Positions 62,722 through 64,000 of a stretch of DNA of 64,000 bases are shown here, one piece after another. The stretch's first letter is position 1; every line of letters begins with the position of its first letter. This stretch comes from the human T2T-CHM13v2.0 reference genome, Homo sapiens. Under the pieces are notes generated by a model. The model did no database searches. It was not told the DNA's origin and saw nothing but the letters and a program-made list of their open reading frames with translations. The translations under genes and the position numbers were made by a program. The stretch lies in assembly GCF_009914755.1 (NCBI RefSeq), contig NC_060932.1, one strand, 5' to 3'.

Positions 62722-63839
62722 CCCCGACCGTCCTCATGCCCCATCACAGAAATACCACTTCCATCTTATCAACTGGTGCTGCACACCTGTCCCTCAACTT
62801 TTACCTTTGTCAACTGATTCGCCTGAGATAACCCAGCTCACGATGGAAAGTTCTGGCAACTTTGTCATTTGATATCAAAGTGTGCCTCATCTACCCAGGT
62901 CCAGTAGGATGCTTAGCACTGTTTGACTAGCGTAGAACATACTGCTATAGATGGCACAGCACTGCTCCAGAAGTCTAAAGGTCTTTGTTGTAATTCTCCA
63001 GGCAGGGTTTGACATAAACTTCCTATGGCATCTTTTCCCAACACAGTTACTCCTAATAGCACAAGGTCTACTGGGGAGTATAGCACAGTGTCAAGGCAGT
63101 TTGCACCACAACTTAGACCAACTTCAGACTCCTTTATTCTATTAGTCTCACTCAAAGTCTGTGGCTTTTCTTGTCACTCAGTAAATTGGCCAAAGAATTT
63201 CCAAATATAATATTATGCTGCCTCCGGAGCCCAAAATGACCCACCAGTCATTGTACTTCCTTCTTCATAGTGGGAGGTGTGAGATGCAATCATTTAGGCT
63301 TTACATTGGAAGGGATGTCTCAGCATGCTTCAGATCACTGGATCCCTAAAAATTTCACTGATGTGTCAGGCCCATGAATTTTCATAGGCTTTATCTCACA
63401 CCTGCTAAAGCACATATGCTCCAATATTCTTGTCACTTCTTTTCATCTGGTCCCAACATGATATTCTGAGGAATGTCCAGACAGCCCATTTTTTTTTTTG
63501 GATTGTATTATGACAGAGAGCAAAAAAGTTAACATAGCCCTTAAACAAGACGATAAATGTATAGTGCTGCCTATCCCACAAGAGTATAGATTATTTTCTG
63601 AACTAAGGATGAAAATGAATGCATTCTCCAAATCAAAGAGCCAATAACTCTGACAGATACAATTCAATATGTAGATTTTTCCCTGGGTGGAAACTTCACA
63701 TCTATTATGAGAGTATTAAACACCTCAATGGTTAAGAATCACTATTCTAAGAAGATAACTCATATAACCCATAATAATCATTTTATTAAAGCCTCAAAAT
63801 CTTTTCAACATTATAAAAAGCATTAGCTAAAGCAAATCT

Positions 63840-64000
63840 ATAATTGTCAACTTTAAATGTCAGCTTGATTAGGCTAAGGGATGTCCAGATAGCTGGTAAA
63901 ATATTGTGTCTAGATATGTCTATGAGGGTGTTTTTGAAAGAGATTAGCATTTGAATCAGTAGAATAAGTAAAGAAGATCCATTTTCAGTCTTTACCAATG
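63840..64000 (+). mobile_element. MLT2 LTR 5' part (runs off window)
   Basis: tgtcagcttgattaggctaagggatgtccagatagctggtaaaa..gagattagcatttgaatcagtaga. Confidence 0.85.

Larger units (their letters stand above)
60190..63530 (-). mobile_element. ERVL-class internal (pol) remnant, interrupted by L1MA and MER11
   Basis: Minus strand ~63220-63410 translates as EIKPMKIHGPDTSVKFLGIQ*..DIPSNVK..LHLTPPTMKKEVQ*LVG, resembling HERV-L RT. Confidence 0.7.

Overview
AT-rich, repeat-dense primate (human-like) genomic DNA, judged from AluJ/AluY, L1PA, THE1/MST, LTR22, LTR6 and MER11 elements. I recognise no cellular protein-coding gene, RNA gene or prokaryotic feature. Every ORF in the track with a recognisable product is a broken LINE-1 ORF1/ORF2 piece; the other ORFs are antisense shadows or unrecognised. 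Main contents: a near full-length L1PA4-like element with a 17-bp TSD and an in-frame, microhomology-flanked deletion of the RT core; three 5'-truncated L1PA copies, one carrying a 19-nt 3' transduction; a four-layer nest (LTR6A in LTR22 in L1MA in an older L1); a ~130-bp direct duplication bracketing a 1.26-kb segment; a fold-back inverted duplication; an inverted AluY pair; many solo LTRs; and an ERVL remnant. Most L1s and LTRs lie on the + strand, and a chain of candidate minus-strand exons can be spliced into one 123-codon open frame, hinting at a minus-strand transcript (lncRNA or orphan gene). That is inference and needs RNA evidence. Subfamily names come from recalled consensus motifs, not a database search, and boundaries of old repeats are approximate. 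I found no convincing wholly new biological system.
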